Positions 10,221-19,541 of a DNA stretch of 64,000 bases are shown here, piece after piece. Numbering within the stretch: the first letter of the stretch is position 1; every line of letters starts with the position of its first letter. The DNA is from a candidate division FCPU426 bacterium (GTDB lineage Bacteria > Oederibacteriota > Muellerivitia > Muellerivitales > Muellerivitaceae). A program made the translations under genes and the position numbers. Where the stretch lies: the NCBI GenBank assembly GCA_963771075.1, contig CAVYSE010000018.1, positions 64,001 through 128,000 on the forward strand, written 5' to 3'. Under the pieces are notes generated by a model, which was not told where the DNA came from, made no database searches, and saw only the letters and a list, made by a program, of their open reading frames with translations.

Positions 10221-11201
10221 TTGAGAAATCCACATGTGGCTGTAGTCATCCTCAACTATAACAGTGAAAAAGATTTACAGATTTGTGCAGAGCAGGTAGC
10301 TCAACAGACAGGAATTCAGCTCTCTATCATCCTTGTCGATAATGCATCCAAACCCGACTCGCTCATTTCAATCAAATCCTGGCTTTCCAACTGGCGACCG
10401 GATGCGATAATTTGGACTCCTGAGAAAGTGCACTCGCAGATAAGCAATAATCCCGAGATTGTCAGACGAGAAAATACCGTCTTTTTGATTGAGAATTCCG
10501 AAAACCTTGGATATTCGGCAGGAAACAATATTGGTATCCACCTCGCGGATATTCTGGGGGCTGATGTAGTTTTGATAGCAAACCCCGATATGCGAATTGA
10601 AGATCCTAATTACCTAAAAGAGCTGTCACAACAGCTAATGACTAAAACAGAATACTTTATTGCCGCATCTCGCATCCTCGGCCTCGATGGTAAAGATCAA
10701 AATCCATTGCGTGAAGCGAGATTTATTGAAGAACTCCTTTGGCCTCGTTTCATTTTTCGCCGTTTTTTCAGGCAAATGAATTATGTACTACCGTTACCAT
10801 ATGAAAAACCGCTAATCGTCCCCAAAGTTTCTGGTTGTTGTATGTTGTTACGCATGGAATTTCTTCGGAAAACAGGTTATTTTGACGAAAGTGTCTTTCT
10901 TTATTGTGAAGAACCAATTCTTGCAGCCAGGGTTCGCAAAGCAGGTGGGAATATTCTTTTTGTACCTAATATAAAAGCCATACATGCGCACGTTGCTAGC
11001 GAAAAGGAAAACAGTGCTAAACGGATGCTTCTCTTTATTAAAAGCAGGAAATACTATCTTAAAACTTACAGTGGTTATAAACCGTGGCAATTAGCCTTGC
11101 TATTCGCCTCCTATTTATTACTTATGTTTTACAATCGGATAAAGAACCTTTCAAATTCTTTGCAACCTTCAAGCGATCCCAAAGGTAAAAACCATGCTTG
11201 A
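10221..11201 (+). CDS. Glycosyltransferase family 2
   Basis: VVILNYN, VDNAS, NLGYSAGNNIG, ANPD, FDESVFLYCEE. Confidence 0.9.
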   Translation: MRNPHVAVVILNYNSEKDLQICAEQVAQQTGIQLSIILVDNASKPDSLISIKSWLSNWRPDAIIWTPEKVHSQISNNPEIVRRENTVFLIENSENLGYSAGNNIGIHLADILGADVVLIANPDMRIEDPNYLKELSQQLMTKTEYFIAASRILGLDGKDQNPLREARFIEELLWPRFIFRRFFRQMNYVLPLPYEKPLIVPKVSGCCMLLRMEFLRKTGYFDESVFLYCEEPILAARVRKAGGNILFVPNIKAIHAHVASEKENSAKRMLLFIKSRKYYLKTYSGYKPWQLALLFASYLLLMFYNRIKNLSNSLQPSSDPKGKNHA

Positions 11202-12495
11202 AATTATGGCCGCTGCAATCGCAATTCCTTTCTTGTTATTTATGATGACAAAAAGGGTTTATGCATTATTTTTTGTAATCCTGTTGACCACTGAATTTTT
11301 TTATATCCAAGTGGGAGGGGGCGTTGCTCACCCTTATCATTTTCTTTCCCTAATATATTTGTTAGTCTTATTTGAGAAAATTCCGAAACTCTTTAAATCA
11401 AAAGTTTTTTTGGCTTTGATTGCCTTCGTCGCTATTAATCTAGGTGCTGTGGCGCTTTCAGATACTCCGGACAAGGCTTTTGCCAGCTTCCTCTCCCTAT
11501 GTGCAAATATAGGAGTTTCCATGGCAACTGCGCTCATTCTACTTGCGGGGAAAATCAAAATATCTTCTTTAAAAAGAACCATAATTGGAGTGACTTTGAT
11601 AAGTATTCCGTTTGGGATTCTCCAAATCTTTGCCTTTCGATTTGCTGGCATCGTTTTGGCCCTGTCATCAGAACAAGTCAATCAGATTTCTCTCGGTTTT
11701 GGTCCCGCATTTCGCAATGAAGCCAACACCTTTGGGAAATATATGGTTTTTCCCTTTTTGTTATTTCTTCCAGAATATATTGAATCTAAACGCATCAAAA
11801 AAATTAACCTAATTATTTTGGCTTTTATTATTGGCATCTTGATGAATTTTACTCGCACTTCGATCTATGGAATGGGAATAACTTTTTTATTCATTCTTAT
11901 CTGGTACCTACGCAAGAACAAATTTTCCTTATTAATCCAAAAAGGCCTGAAAATAGGCCTGGTTATTGCCTTCGGCATTTTTTTGATGCTCAGTGGAGTT
12001 CTCAAAACAAGCGAGTACGCTCAATACAAAATTAATAACTTTTTCAATCAAGAAGAAATTACAAGTGGAGGGTCGAGTAACTATCGCATTAACTCCATGC
12101 AACTTATTCTTGACGATTCATTATCGAGCACTAAAAAAACGGTGATCGGAAATGGTTGGGGTCAGACACCTTATGACACCAACACTGAATTAAAAACCGG
12201 CGCCGGGGATATCGTTGATTTAATGGGTTATTCAGGAATTTTGGGTGTTTTTGGCTATCTTTTCTATACGTGGTTGGCTTTCAAATCAGCTAGTACTGTC
12301 TCTGCTTCCAGCCAGGATCAAGAGAAAGCGATATTCGCTACAGGTGTCACTTTTGCGCTTGTAGGGATCTTTTGCACAGCCCAATTTGCCAGTTATTTGA
12401 TCGCCCCCGAGTACTGGATGTTGATTGGTTTATGTATTTTTTTAAGTGTTCCGGTAAAAGAACCCGGATTGCCCATTCTGATACGGAATAGGTGA
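11194..12495 (+). CDS. Wzy-like polymerase / O-antigen ligase family membrane protein
   Basis: About 10 hydrophobic segments, NEAN, FTRT, periplasmic SSNYR...IGNGWG loop; operon context. Confidence 0.7.
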   Translation: MLEIMAAAIAIPFLLFMMTKRVYALFFVILLTTEFFYIQVGGGVAHPYHFLSLIYLLVLFEKIPKLFKSKVFLALIAFVAINLGAVALSDTPDKAFASFLSLCANIGVSMATALILLAGKIKISSLKRTIIGVTLISIPFGILQIFAFRFAGIVLALSSEQVNQISLGFGPAFRNEANTFGKYMVFPFLLFLPEYIESKRIKKINLIILAFIIGILMNFTRTSIYGMGITFLFILIWYLRKNKFSLLIQKGLKIGLVIAFGIFLMLSGVLKTSEYAQYKINNFFNQEEITSGGSSNYRINSMQLILDDSLSSTKKTVIGNGWGQTPYDTNTELKTGAGDIVDLMGYSGILGVFGYLFYTWLAFKSASTVSASSQDQEKAIFATGVTFALVGIFCTAQFASYLIAPEYWMLIGLCIFLSVPVKEPGLPILIRNR

Positions 12496-12499
12496 GTAA

Positions 12500-13741
12500 A
12501 TGTACAAAATATTGGTTTCCGCATACGCTTGTGAACCGGGCAGAGGAAGCGAAGGAGAGATAGGTTGGAGTATTGTCCACGAGTTGTCTAAACATCACAA
12601 TGTATGGGTTATCACCCGGGCCAATAACAAAGTTGTCCATGACGCTGCTTTTGTCCAAGAAAAGAAACCTAAAAATCTTTTTTTTCTCTATTACGACACC
12701 CCCAAATGGTTCCGTTGGTTCAAAAAAGGGAAACGCTTTTTCTTGATCTACTATTATCTATGGCAATTAGGTTCCATATTTCAGGCTCGCAAATTTTTAA
12801 AAACACAAAAAATCGATATCGTGCACCACTTAACCGGCGGGATGGATTGGATGCCGTCAGGGCTTTCCTTTTTAGGCCTTCCTTTTTTATGGGGGCCTGT
12901 TGGAAGCGAGAATATTCATCCTGTGATCTTCGATTCCCTTCCTTTTACTCTTCGGATAAAGGAAACATTTCGTAAATTGGTCCAAAACCTCGGCAGACAT
13001 GTGGACCCTTTTGTAAGAGTGACCGGGAATAAGGCTAAAATCATCCTTTCCCACACCCCCCATAATCTCCCCTCCCGCAATCAAAATAAAATCCTCCCTT
13101 ACATGCAAACCGGAATAAGCCCAACGGGTCGGTTTGTAAAAATGAAAGTTTCTTTTGAGCGAGGCGATGGCTTTTCCGTGGTATATGCCGGTGAACTCAT
13201 CCATTGGAAAGGCGCCTCTTTTGCAATAGATGCTTTTCTCAACTTTGCTCGTAGCAACAAGCGGGCACGTTTGAAGATGTTTGGGGATGGACCGTTGCGC
13301 CGGCAACTTCAGCAAAAGGTCGGAAAAAGCGGTTTGGGGGGGCAGGTGGAGTTCCGCGGTAAGGTTCCAATGGATGTTCTGATCGAGGAATTAGACCAAG
13401 GAGATGTGTTTCTTTATCCTTCCTACCATCATGGTTTGGCAACGGTGGTACTCCAGGCGATGCTTACGGGATTGCCGGTGATCTGCCTTGAAGGTGATGC
13501 GATTGGGCGCACCATCGGTTCAGAATGCGGAATAACTGTTCCCTTGAATAAACACGAAGATTTTATTCATGGCCTTTCCGAAGCATTATCACTGATACAT
13601 TCTGACGAATCCTTAAGGGTTGCTTTGGCGAAACGCGGTAGAGAAGTTGCAATAAATACTTATTCTTATCAAACCATTGGTGCAGGGTATGATGATATTT
13701 ATCGTAAGCTTTCCGAAAAGACAGGCGACGGGAAACCATAA
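12500..13741 (+). CDS. Glycosyltransferase family 4
   Basis: SAYACEPGRGSE, WKG, FLYPSYH...VLQAMLTGLPVI. Confidence 0.9.
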   Translation: MYKILVSAYACEPGRGSEGEIGWSIVHELSKHHNVWVITRANNKVVHDAAFVQEKKPKNLFFLYYDTPKWFRWFKKGKRFFLIYYYLWQLGSIFQARKFLKTQKIDIVHHLTGGMDWMPSGLSFLGLPFLWGPVGSENIHPVIFDSLPFTLRIKETFRKLVQNLGRHVDPFVRVTGNKAKIILSHTPHNLPSRNQNKILPYMQTGISPTGRFVKMKVSFERGDGFSVVYAGELIHWKGASFAIDAFLNFARSNKRARLKMFGDGPLRRQLQQKVGKSGLGGQVEFRGKVPMDVLIEELDQGDVFLYPSYHHGLATVVLQAMLTGLPVICLEGDAIGRTIGSECGITVPLNKHEDFIHGLSEALSLIHSDESLRVALAKRGREVAINTYSYQTIGAGYDDIYRKLSEKTGDGKP

Positions 13742-13742
13742 C

Positions 13743-14726
13743 ATGCCAAAACAGAATTTGCCGATTTCGGTTGTAATTTGCGCTTATAACGCGGAAAAAT
13801 ATCTAGAAGGATCCCTACAAAACATTCGCGAACAAACCTACCGAAATCTTGAAATTCTTGTTATCGATGATGCATCTACTGATGGAACAGGCTCGATTGC
13901 TCGAGCCATTGCCAAAAAGGATAAGCGTATACGCATAATCAGGCTTAAGAGAAACGGCGGTATTGCTCACGCACGCCAGATCGGTTTGGAAAAGGCTTGT
14001 CGTGATTGGCTTCTCTTTTTTGATGCTGACGATATTGCCTTACCGGCAATGATCGAAAGGCAAGTTGACGTTCTGAAAAGTGACAAAAATATTATCGGAG
14101 TCTCGACCTTTTCATACTTTGTGGGTGAAGACGAGAAAATCATCGCCGAGCAAAGGGTCGGCATTAAAACAAAGGATGACTTTTTCAAAAAATATACCGA
14201 AAAGAAGCTGATGTTCTTGCTTCCAAACACTCTCTTTTCAAAAAAGCTCGCAATAAAGGTCGGCGGATACCGGCTGAAGGGATTCCCCGATTCATCGTCT
14301 GTCCGATTCCAAGATTTCAGTGAAGACGTTGACCTCTGGTGTCGTCTTTCGGACCTTGGTTCAGAGGGAAAATATCTAGTTACGGTGTCAGAACCCCTTT
14401 TTAAATATCGAAAAACCATGGGTTCCCTATCCACGGCGAATGTATTCCACATGCAGGAAAAAATGAGATGGATAAAAGATTGTCTTGTACACAGGAGAAG
14501 CAACGTTCCAGAAAGGTCATTTGACAACTATCGTAAAGAGATCACTTTTATAGACAAACTTAGCAATCTCCGTTCCGATTGCGCCGCCTACTGCTACAAG
14601 CGGATGGCATTTTATTATTTACGTCGTCAGTATTTACTGGCAGCACCTCTCTTTGCCTTCGTTTTATCCCTTGATCCGGTTTTTATTTTTCAGAAGTTGA
14701 AGACGCAGAAGATTAAGGTGTCCTAA
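13743..14726 (+). CDS. Glycosyltransferase family 2
   Basis: ISVVICAYNAEKY, IDDASTD, FFDADD, EDVDLW. Confidence 0.9.
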   Translation: MPKQNLPISVVICAYNAEKYLEGSLQNIREQTYRNLEILVIDDASTDGTGSIARAIAKKDKRIRIIRLKRNGGIAHARQIGLEKACRDWLLFFDADDIALPAMIERQVDVLKSDKNIIGVSTFSYFVGEDEKIIAEQRVGIKTKDDFFKKYTEKKLMFLLPNTLFSKKLAIKVGGYRLKGFPDSSSVRFQDFSEDVDLWCRLSDLGSEGKYLVTVSEPLFKYRKTMGSLSTANVFHMQEKMRWIKDCLVHRRSNVPERSFDNYRKEITFIDKLSNLRSDCAAYCYKRMAFYYLRRQYLLAAPLFAFVLSLDPVFIFQKLKTQKIKVS

Positions 14727-16102
14727 TGCCAAGCCCCCGCAATATCACAAGTGATTTCCTGACTCATCTTTTCGCGGAATATAGAAAGCAACGCGTCGAA
14801 TATTGCCTTCTGAGGAACTATAAGTCGATCCCGGATCGGATAGAGTCATCGGACGTTGACATTCTTATTTCTCCCTCATTCAAAAGGAAAAATCGGACTA
14901 TTATTTTTAAGCTGGCCAAGAAATACGGGGCCATTATCTACAACTATTATGTCGATGAACGATTCGAACAGTTCTTTTTATCCAAGCGGATTTCTCCTGG
15001 CGATTTGTTCGAACTGAAAGTGGATTTCTTTTTCGATGCTGAAATTTATGGTGTTCGTCTTATTTCCGGTAAAGAAATCTTGGATTCCAAGGTTTCCTAT
15101 AAGAATTTTTACATCGCCAATGATATTTTCCGGGTTCTTGACAAGTGGTTGTTCGTCCATCTTCTCGGTTCACCCCTGCCGCTTAAGTATCATGCTGAAT
15201 TCAAAAGAATTTTCATTCGAAACCGCAAATCCCTTGATTCTATTCTTTCAAAATTATTGGGCAATAAAACAGGAACCGTACTGTGTTCCCTAATTTGCTC
15301 TAAAGGGTTTTCTAATTTGCCGAGAATGAATAAAGGAGCTTTGTTGACCATCCTCTTTAGGGTTGCTCTATATTCACCATTTTTCCATCTCCGGCATCTT
15401 CCCCTTTTCTTTTTCTATCGCCTCAAACATTTCATCTTTCCCAAAGGCGAATTCGTCTCGGTTAGCGGTCCGGATGGAAGTGGCAAATCAACCGTTTTGG
15501 AAAGTACAAAAAAGCCACTCGAACGGTTATTTAGATCACGATCCGGCAATCATGGTCATTTTCGGCCTAATTGGTTACCGAGGATCGCAAACGTAGCAAA
15601 AACAGCAGGTGTTTTATCAAAGGTGGATGAGGCTTATGCCTCTCCCCATAGGGGAAAGCCTTCTGGTTTTCTTGGGTCGCTCTTCCGATTTTCCTACTAC
15701 CTGACAGACTATATCTTTGGCTATTTTCTTAAAATTAGGCCTGCGCTGGTAAGACGGGAGCTAGTGCTATATGACCGTTACTATTTCGACATGGTTGCCG
15801 ACCAAGGCCGTTCAAGAATTTTATTGCCGTTATGGATCCGAAAAATGGCCCTGTGGTTTATCCCTTTACCAAACACCGCTTTTTTTATACATGCCCCGTC
15901 TGCAATCATTCGAAAAAGGAAGAAAGAACTATCGTTGGAAAAAATCGAACAACTAAATGCTTACTACTTAAAAATGGCCGAAACCTCCACTTTAACAACT
16001 CTGGAGAATGATACTGCCGTGGATATTGCTGCTTCTAAATTGGTGGATACAGTTATCTATCGAAGGAGAAAGAGGCTAAAGCTTGATAGGCTTTATCAAT
16101 GA
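14726..16102 (+). CDS. Nucleotidyltransferase-like domain fused to thymidylate-kinase-like P-loop domain
   Basis: LLRNY...SDVDIL (NTase); GPDGSGKST, LYDRYYFD, RKKEL (dTMP-kinase-like). Confidence 0.7.
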   Translation: MPSPRNITSDFLTHLFAEYRKQRVEYCLLRNYKSIPDRIESSDVDILISPSFKRKNRTIIFKLAKKYGAIIYNYYVDERFEQFFLSKRISPGDLFELKVDFFFDAEIYGVRLISGKEILDSKVSYKNFYIANDIFRVLDKWLFVHLLGSPLPLKYHAEFKRIFIRNRKSLDSILSKLLGNKTGTVLCSLICSKGFSNLPRMNKGALLTILFRVALYSPFFHLRHLPLFFFYRLKHFIFPKGEFVSVSGPDGSGKSTVLESTKKPLERLFRSRSGNHGHFRPNWLPRIANVAKTAGVLSKVDEAYASPHRGKPSGFLGSLFRFSYYLTDYIFGYFLKIRPALVRRELVLYDRYYFDMVADQGRSRILLPLWIRKMALWFIPLPNTAFFIHAPSAIIRKRKKELSLEKIEQLNAYYLKMAETSTLTTLENDTAVDIAASKLVDTVIYRRRKRLKLDRLYQ

Positions 16103-18708
16103 AAAGTGAAATAGTTTTTATTCATTTACTTAACGACTTCTCAGGAAGCCCCAAGATACTCAGAGAAGTCATAGATATCGTTGGTAAAAGACAGATAAAC
16201 GCGAAACTTTATATCGGTAGTTCAGGCGAAGGGGTTCTTTCCAATTGCGGCATTCCGACGACCCGTTACTGGTATCACAGATCCAGGCATAGGATACTAA
16301 CCCTTTTCAACTATTTCTTTAGTCAAATCATCCTCTTCCATAAGCTTCTTTTTGATTGTTCCATGGACAAGAATTCGGTCATCTATGTGAATACCTTGCT
16401 CCCATTCGGCGCGGCACTTTATGGACGATTGACGGGAAAGAAGATCATCTATCACATTCACGAGATATCCATCACCCCCTCAACGCTCAAATACCTGTTA
16501 ACTGGCATTGCCAGGAAAACATCCTCTTTAAATCTATATGTATCAAACGCACATATGACGGCCTTGCCTCTCCCTGGGCCCCCTACAAAACGTGTATACA
16601 ACTCGCTCGATACTAATTTCATTCAGAACGCCATCAAAAACCCTTACACAGTTCAGTACGAAGGGAAATTCAATGTATTACTTATTGCCTCATTACGTGA
16701 TTACAAAGGAATTCCCGAACTTCTTGAATTAGCTTCTGGTTTACTCGCGAATAGCGATATTCATTTTCATCTTGTGGTGAATGACGACGAGCATCATATC
16801 GATCAGTATTTTTCAGGGAAGCCGGTTCCTTCGAACTTGACGGTTCATCCCCGGACTTCGGATACAACCCCTTTTTATCGAAAAGCCAATCTGGTATTGA
16901 ACCTTTCACGAGTTGACGAGTGGGTGGAAACATTCGGGTTAACGGTTCTTGAGGCCATGACATTCGGAATACCGGTCATCGTTCCCCCGGTGGGAGGCCC
17001 AGCGGAGCTTGTCAAAGATGGAGTCCAGGGTTTCCAAGTTGATTCACGTGATTCCGTGCTATTGAAAGAAAAAGTGCTGTTACTTTACAAAGACAAGCCC
17101 TTGTGCCAGAGGATGTCCTCTGCCGGTCGATCACGATCCGCAGAATTTTCACCGGAAGTTTTCACTAAAAATATCCTCCCGGCCATTGATGAGGTTCGAG
17201 AAAACATGGCGGATAATAACCGGCTAAAATTGGCCATTCTTGGAACCCGGGGAATCCCGGCCCGCTATGGAGGTTTTGAGACCTTCGCCGAGGAATTGGC
17301 CCAACGACTCGTTCCTAAAGGAATAGAAGTTACGGTTTTCTGTGAATCCGGAAACGGTCCTCAACTCATTGAATACAAAGGGATCAAGCTCGTATATCTT
17401 CCCGCTTCCAAATTGGGCCCTTTAACGACGATCCTTTTTGATCTTCGCTGTCTCTGGCATGCTCGCAGATCCTTTGACTTGGTCTACATGCTGGGTTATG
17501 GAGCCGCTCCCTTTTGCGTCATTCCCAGGTTCTGGGGCAGTAGGGTTTGGATCAACGTGGATGGGATCGAATGGGCAAGGGCCAAATGGAATGCCTTCGC
17601 AAAGTTTTACTTCAAGCTCATGGAACTCTTTTCTTTGTGGACCGCCGATCGGATCATTGCCGATGCGGAAGGTATCAAGGCCCATCTTCGGTCCCGCCAC
17701 CACTGGTTGCCTCCCTGCACCGTGATCCCCTATGGAGCGCCCGTTATTGACGTGGCGCCGGACAAAAACCTGCTCAAGGAATGGGATCTGAACCCCCGTG
17801 ACTACTATCTGGTGGTCGCGCGCCTGGAGCCCGAAAACTACATTCTGGAAATTATCGAAGGATATAAAAGTGCCGATACTTCCACTCCTCTGGTGGTGGT
17901 CGGCGATCATCAAGCCAACACCGCCTATATGAAGAAGCTTTTGGCATTAGCCTGTCCAAATATCCGGTTCATCGGTGGGGTTTACGATAAGGTCAAACTT
18001 CAGGCCCTTCGTTTTCATTCCGAAACCTATTTCCACGGGCATTCCGCAGGTGGGACCAATCCTTCCCTCCTGGAGGCTTTGGGCTGTGGCAACCTCGTCA
18101 TCGCTCACGACAATCCGTTCAATCGCGAAGTGGCTGGTGATCTTGGTTTTTATTTCAGGTCAAAAGAGGATATTCCGGAATTACTCAAAAAAATCGGCTC
18201 CATTCCCCCCGATAAGAGGGAAAGTCTTGCCCAGCAAGCCAAGTCCCGGATGAGGGATAAGTATGATTGGGACCAAATCGCGGAAAGATACAAAGCGCTT
18301 TTGGAAGAGGACAAGGACGTAAAACAAAAAACGAACCGTCCTTTTCTGAAAATTGCTTATTTTTGTTTGGCGCTCTTGATTCTCCAGGTTAGTTATTTCC
18401 TCTCTATTATTTTTTCAACTTCGATCCTCCCCGATAAACCCGGCGCAGTTGTCGTATTTGGTGGTGGAAGCAACCGGGCGGTGGAAGCCGTCCAAGTGGC
18501 CAAGACAACCAATAGTACAAACCTGGTCGTTTCGGATAATCAGCACACAACAATGGGGTCAAGTCTTCATTTTATAGTAACTATTCCAACCGCTTCTTCC
18601 TGCGCTAATGTTGTAAAATGGGCCATCGCGTATCCATTGTTCACGAGGTGGGCTAAAAGCACAAACACCTGGATGTGCCCAAATACCAGAAACAGGCAAT
18701 TAAATTGA
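16099..18708 (+). CDS. Tandem GT4-GT4(DUF1972) fusion continuing into a truncated YdcF/DUF218 domain, cut by the 435-bp element at about 18541
   Basis: ETFGLTVLEAM (GT4 no.1); ILGTRGIPARYGGFETF and GGTNPSLLEA (GT4 no.2, own ATG at 17206); TM + VVVFGGGSNRA (YdcF); the last residues are read from the element. Confidence 0.78.
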   Translation: MKSEIVFIHLLNDFSGSPKILREVIDIVGKRQINAKLYIGSSGEGVLSNCGIPTTRYWYHRSRHRILTLFNYFFSQIILFHKLLFDCSMDKNSVIYVNTLLPFGAALYGRLTGKKIIYHIHEISITPSTLKYLLTGIARKTSSLNLYVSNAHMTALPLPGPPTKRVYNSLDTNFIQNAIKNPYTVQYEGKFNVLLIASLRDYKGIPELLELASGLLANSDIHFHLVVNDDEHHIDQYFSGKPVPSNLTVHPRTSDTTPFYRKANLVLNLSRVDEWVETFGLTVLEAMTFGIPVIVPPVGGPAELVKDGVQGFQVDSRDSVLLKEKVLLLYKDKPLCQRMSSAGRSRSAEFSPEVFTKNILPAIDEVRENMADNNRLKLAILGTRGIPARYGGFETFAEELAQRLVPKGIEVTVFCESGNGPQLIEYKGIKLVYLPASKLGPLTTILFDLRCLWHARRSFDLVYMLGYGAAPFCVIPRFWGSRVWINVDGIEWARAKWNAFAKFYFKLMELFSLWTADRIIADAEGIKAHLRSRHHWLPPCTVIPYGAPVIDVAPDKNLLKEWDLNPRDYYLVVARLEPENYILEIIEGYKSADTSTPLVVVGDHQANTAYMKKLLALACPNIRFIGGVYDKVKLQALRFHSETYFHGHSAGGTNPSLLEALGCGNLVIAHDNPFNREVAGDLGFYFRSKEDIPELLKKIGSIPPDKRESLAQQAKSRMRDKYDWDQIAERYKALLEEDKDVKQKTNRPFLKIAYFCLALLILQVSYFLSIIFSTSILPDKPGAVVVFGGGSNRAVEAVQVAKTTNSTNLVVSDNQHTTMGSSLHFIVTIPTASSCANVVKWAIAYPLFTRWAKSTNTWMCPNTRNRQLN

Positions 18709-18983
18709 AACCGGAAGAGGTACTGGCGAAAGTAGCTAAAATCCATGGGGAAAAGTCGGGTGAGATATTGAAGGCTGGAAAAAGGGAGTCGGAAGCACGG
18801 GACGCGGCCATTTATTTGATGAAACGGAAATCGGGGATGAGTTCAATGGAAATTGGGGAAAAGATGGGCGTGGGTGCCAGCGCGGTGGGGAATCGGATAG
18901 CGATGGTAAAGAAGCGGATGGAGGGAGAGACACGGTTCAAGGCTCGGATAGATAATATAAAATGAAGACTTGACCCCATTGTT
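18549..18983 (+). mobile_element. 435-bp non-autonomous element, copy 1 (probable internally deleted HUH/RAYT-type element)
   Basis: Perfect 28-bp IR AACAATGGGGTCAAGTCTTCATTTTATA / TATAAAATGAAGACTTGACCCCATTGTT; apparently identical copies at 31540 and 32990. Confidence 0.88.
18675..18965 (+). CDS. Helix-turn-helix fragment resembling the DnaA-domain-IV-like C-terminus of RAYT/Y1 transposases
   Basis: EEVLAKVA...ARDAAIYLMKR...SMEIGEKMGVGASAV; stop lies in the right IR; same ORF at 31666 and 33116. Confidence 0.6.
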   Translation: MPKYQKQAIKLKPEEVLAKVAKIHGEKSGEILKAGKRESEARDAAIYLMKRKSGMSSMEIGEKMGVGASAVGNRIAMVKKRMEGETRFKARIDNIK

Positions 18984-18984
18984 C

Positions 18985-19541
18985 TTTATTTGGAGCTATG
19001 ACTTTGTGGCGGATCGAACGAGTGATACCCGGTCGTTGAGGTTTTTGACGGTGATAGACGAGTTCACGAGGGAGAACTTGGCTTTACCAGTACAGAGAAA
19101 GTTTACGGCAGATGACGTGCAGGCGACGCTGGCGGAGCTGTTCATCCAACGCGGAGTACCGGAATACATCCGCTCCGACAACGGCCCGGAGTTCACCGCG
19201 GAGAGGGTGAAGGATTGGCTGCCAAAGGTGGGAGTGAAGACCCTGTTCATTGAACCGGGAAGCCCTTGGGAGAACGGCTACAACGAGAGCTTCAACGGAA
19301 AATTCAGGGATGAACTGCTGAACGGCGAGTTGTTCGATACGGTGTGGGAAGCACGAGTGATCGCCGAAAGGTGGAGGAAGGAGTACAATACAAAACGGCC
19401 ACACAGTTCTTTGGGGTACCGGCCACCGGCCCCGGAGGCGGTCGCCATGGGGCCCAACAGCAACTTCAGGCCCATGTCGACCTCAACAAACTGAGTCTAT
19501 GGTGTGAGATTAGCGGTGGTACTAAAACCGGGGGCAGGTCA
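18985..19541 (+). mobile_element. IS3-family remnant (integrase core + right end only)
   Basis: WSYDF, IRSDNGPEF, PGSPWENGYNESFNGKFRDE, RPHSSLGY; terminus ...GGGGGCAGGTCA at 19541; 5' part replaced by the 435-bp element. Confidence 0.88.

Noticed and set aside
18970..18990. Element right IR supplying a TTG start to downstream fragments
   Set aside because: In frame only with the IS3 fragment; out of frame at 31961 and 33411, consistent with chance
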